Below are positions 6,100 to 7,230 of a stretch of 7,230 bases of DNA, piece by piece. Made by a program: the position numbers and the translations under genes. Below the pieces are notes generated by a model. It did no database searches. It was not told where the DNA came from and saw only the letters and a list, made by a program, of their open reading frames with translations. Origin of the DNA: a virus (lineage: Duplodnaviria; Heunggongvirae; Uroviricota; Caudoviricetes); IMG/VR virus record IMGVR_UViG_2713897075_000011; one strand, 5' to 3'. Within the stretch, counting starts at the first letter, position 1. Each line of letters starts with the position of its first letter.

Positions 6100-6117
6100 T
6101 GTACAAAGCACGGGACA
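6100..6117 (-). promoter_or_regulatory. TGT-N12-ACA dyad upstream of the AlpA/Vis-like gene; candidate helper-activated late promoter (PLL-like)
   Basis: TGT at 6100-6102 and ACA at 6115-6117 with exactly 12 bp between. This dyad is the Ogr/Delta activator site centred near -55 in P2/P4 late promoters (established). The dyad centre is ~111 bp upstream of the ATG at 5997. Confidence 0.4.
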
Positions 6118-6149
6118 ACGGGTGCTGTTTTTTTACTCAAGACCATTTA

Positions 6150-6180
6150 AAGGCACTGGAAGGAGTTATAAGGCACTGGA
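6150..6180. repeat. 11-bp direct repeat AAGGCACTGGA x2 with 20-bp period
   Basis: Seen directly at 6150-6160 and 6170-6180, between the divergent promoters and the ori iterons. Confidence 0.5.
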
Positions 6181-6276
6181 GATTTCAAAAGTGAAATGCA
6201 AATTGATTTAATCACCATAAGAGCATGAATTAATAGGATATACCGCATAAAATTTACATTCGGGATGTTCAGACCA

Positions 6277-6378
6277 GTGAACAGTAGTGAACAGTTGGTG
6301 AACACTTCTTTCTCAACTGTTCACTCTTTAATTTATTGTTTTACTTATATTTTTATACTGAGTGAACAGTAGTGAATA
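6277..6378. repeat. ori-like iteron cluster with an AT-rich unwinding stretch
   Basis: GTGAACA at 6277-6283, 6287-6293, 6298-6304, 6362-6368; TGTTCAC at 6318-6324; degenerate GTGAATA at 6372-6378. AT-rich stretch 6325-6360 lies between the copies. Same heptamer as the cluster at 1308-1398, about 5 kb away, as for P4 ori and crr (about 4.5 kb apart, from memory). Confidence 0.75.
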
Positions 6379-6456
6379 GTTATTAGTAAAAAAACAAACA
6401 GAGTGAGGGGTTTACCTGCGACCTTTCTCTGGCCAGCCGGGTTTTTAAGTCCTGTT

Positions 6457-6474
6457 TGTGCCACGTCTGCTACA
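6457..6474 (+). promoter_or_regulatory. TGT-N12-ACA dyad upstream of the plus-strand gene; candidate helper-activated late promoter (Psid-like)
   Basis: TGT at 6457-6459 and ACA at 6472-6474 with 12 bp between. Dyad centre is ~83 bp upstream of the ATG at 6549, compatible with a -55 activator site and a short leader. Confidence 0.4.
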
Positions 6475-6548
6475 ACGGCAATGAATCGAGTTGTTGTCTG
6501 AGGGACGGCAGAATGGCGTCAGGTTGAAAACACAGAGAGAACCCGACG

Positions 6549-7230
6549 ATGAAACCAGATTTGTTTACCGCAGTAATGAAAACCATCGGCAGCACGCAGG
6601 ATGAGAACATCCGCACGGCCATTGACAGCGCACTGGATACCCTTAACGAGAAAGCAAACCAGAACGCAGAGGCCACGATAAATAACGCGCTTGAGGCATT
6701 CAGCAAGGCCAAATCCGCGCACACGGAAAACATGCTGAAACTGAATGATATTGATGCGGCTATTACCCGCAGCGAGAAAGAGCGTCAGAACGCCCTGAAT
6801 GAAAGTGCCGAAGCCGAACAGAACTGGCGTACCCGTTTTCGCGAACTGCGCGGCATGATGACCCCGGAACTGAAAGCCGAACACAGTCAGCGAGTGGCCG
6901 GTCGGGAGCTGGCGGAGGAATTCACCGCCCTGATTGATGAACTCAACGATGATAAGGCCAGTACCATGCTGTCCGCCTGTACATCAGGAGATAAGTACGT
7001 CGGCACGCATTTTACGGTGTTCTCTGCCTACTCCCGGAATGAGTGGGCGACCGTGATGAAAGACATCCCTCCCTCACTGGTGCGCGCATTTGCGTTACGT
7101 CTGCGTGAACTCGAAATGAAGGGGGAAGAACACCCTCACAACATTCTCATTCAGGAACTGGGGGAGAATGTACTGGCGCAAAGCAGGTATTACACATTCA
7201 ACATGGCGCAGGTGTCAACGACGGATGAAA
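6549..7230 (+). CDS. 5' portion (227 codons, no stop within window) of the first gene of the rightward operon; Sid-like by position only
   Basis: Not in the ORF track because it runs off the window. My translation from ATG 6549: MKPDLFTAVMKTIGSTQDENIRTAIDSALDTLNEKANQNAEATINNALEAFSKAKSAHTENMLKLNDIDAAITRSEKERQNALNESAEAEQNWRTRFRELRGMM... continuous to the window end. Composition is strongly helical (A/E/K/L-rich). Divergent from the AlpA/Vis-like gene across ori, as sid is in P4; P4 Sid is about 244 aa (from memory). Weak SD. Confidence 0.6.
   Translation, partial: MKPDLFTAVMKTIGSTQDENIRTAIDSALDTLNEKANQNAEATINNALEAFSKAKSAHTENMLKLNDIDAAITRSEKERQNALNESAEAEQNWRTRFRELRGMMTPELKAEHSQRVAGRELAEEFTALIDELNDDKASTMLSACTSGDKYVGTHFTVFSAYSRNEWATVMKDIPPSLVRAFALRLRELEMKGEEHPHNILIQELGENVLAQSRYYTFNMAQVSTTDE

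Noticed and set aside
5856-6146. Minus-strand ORF 5856-6146 (96 aa) overlapping the start of the AlpA/Vis-like gene
   Set aside because: Alternative frame running through the promoter/operator region and the first 47 codons of a gene with a clear HTH product; no independent support.
6470-6884. Minus-strand ORFs 6470-6733 and 6519-6884 opposite the plus-strand late gene
   Set aside because: Antisense to a continuous, SD-preceded 227-codon plus-strand frame; hydrophobic low-complexity translations typical of antisense frames.

Overview
This window reads as the core of a P4-like satellite phage / phage-plasmid (Enterobacteriaceae type) whose integrase is cut by an IS1 copy. All identifications rest on reading the sequence and translations; no database search was possible. 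Layout, low to high coordinates: partial IS1 with the start of insA (1-193); 5'-truncated-by-insertion remnant of a P4-family tyrosine integrase (194-871, minus); an att region with a ~20-bp core resembling the 3' end of a tRNA-Leu gene (1072-1091) flanked by short repeats; a crr-like iteron cluster (1308-1398); an alpha-type primase-helicase of 777 aa (1449-3782, minus) with its terminator; five tightly packed, partly overlapping small genes of unknown function (3797-5377, minus); a ~350-bp leader with a terminator and a GC-rich structured element showing antisense complementarity to two nearby sites (5386-5640); an AlpA/Vis-family regulator (5731-5997, minus); a divergent control region with two TGT-N12-ACA dyads and an ori-like iteron cluster (6000-6480); and the 5' part of a plus-strand gene in the position of the P4 late operon (6549-7230). 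The most notable points are that the att core has element DNA on both sides (unintegrated, plasmid/phage arrangement), that the integrase is inactivated by IS1, the candidate RNA-based immunity leader, and the unrecognised small-gene cassette between the leader and the primase. I see no recognisable defence or toxin domains; the small genes are the only candidate cargo.
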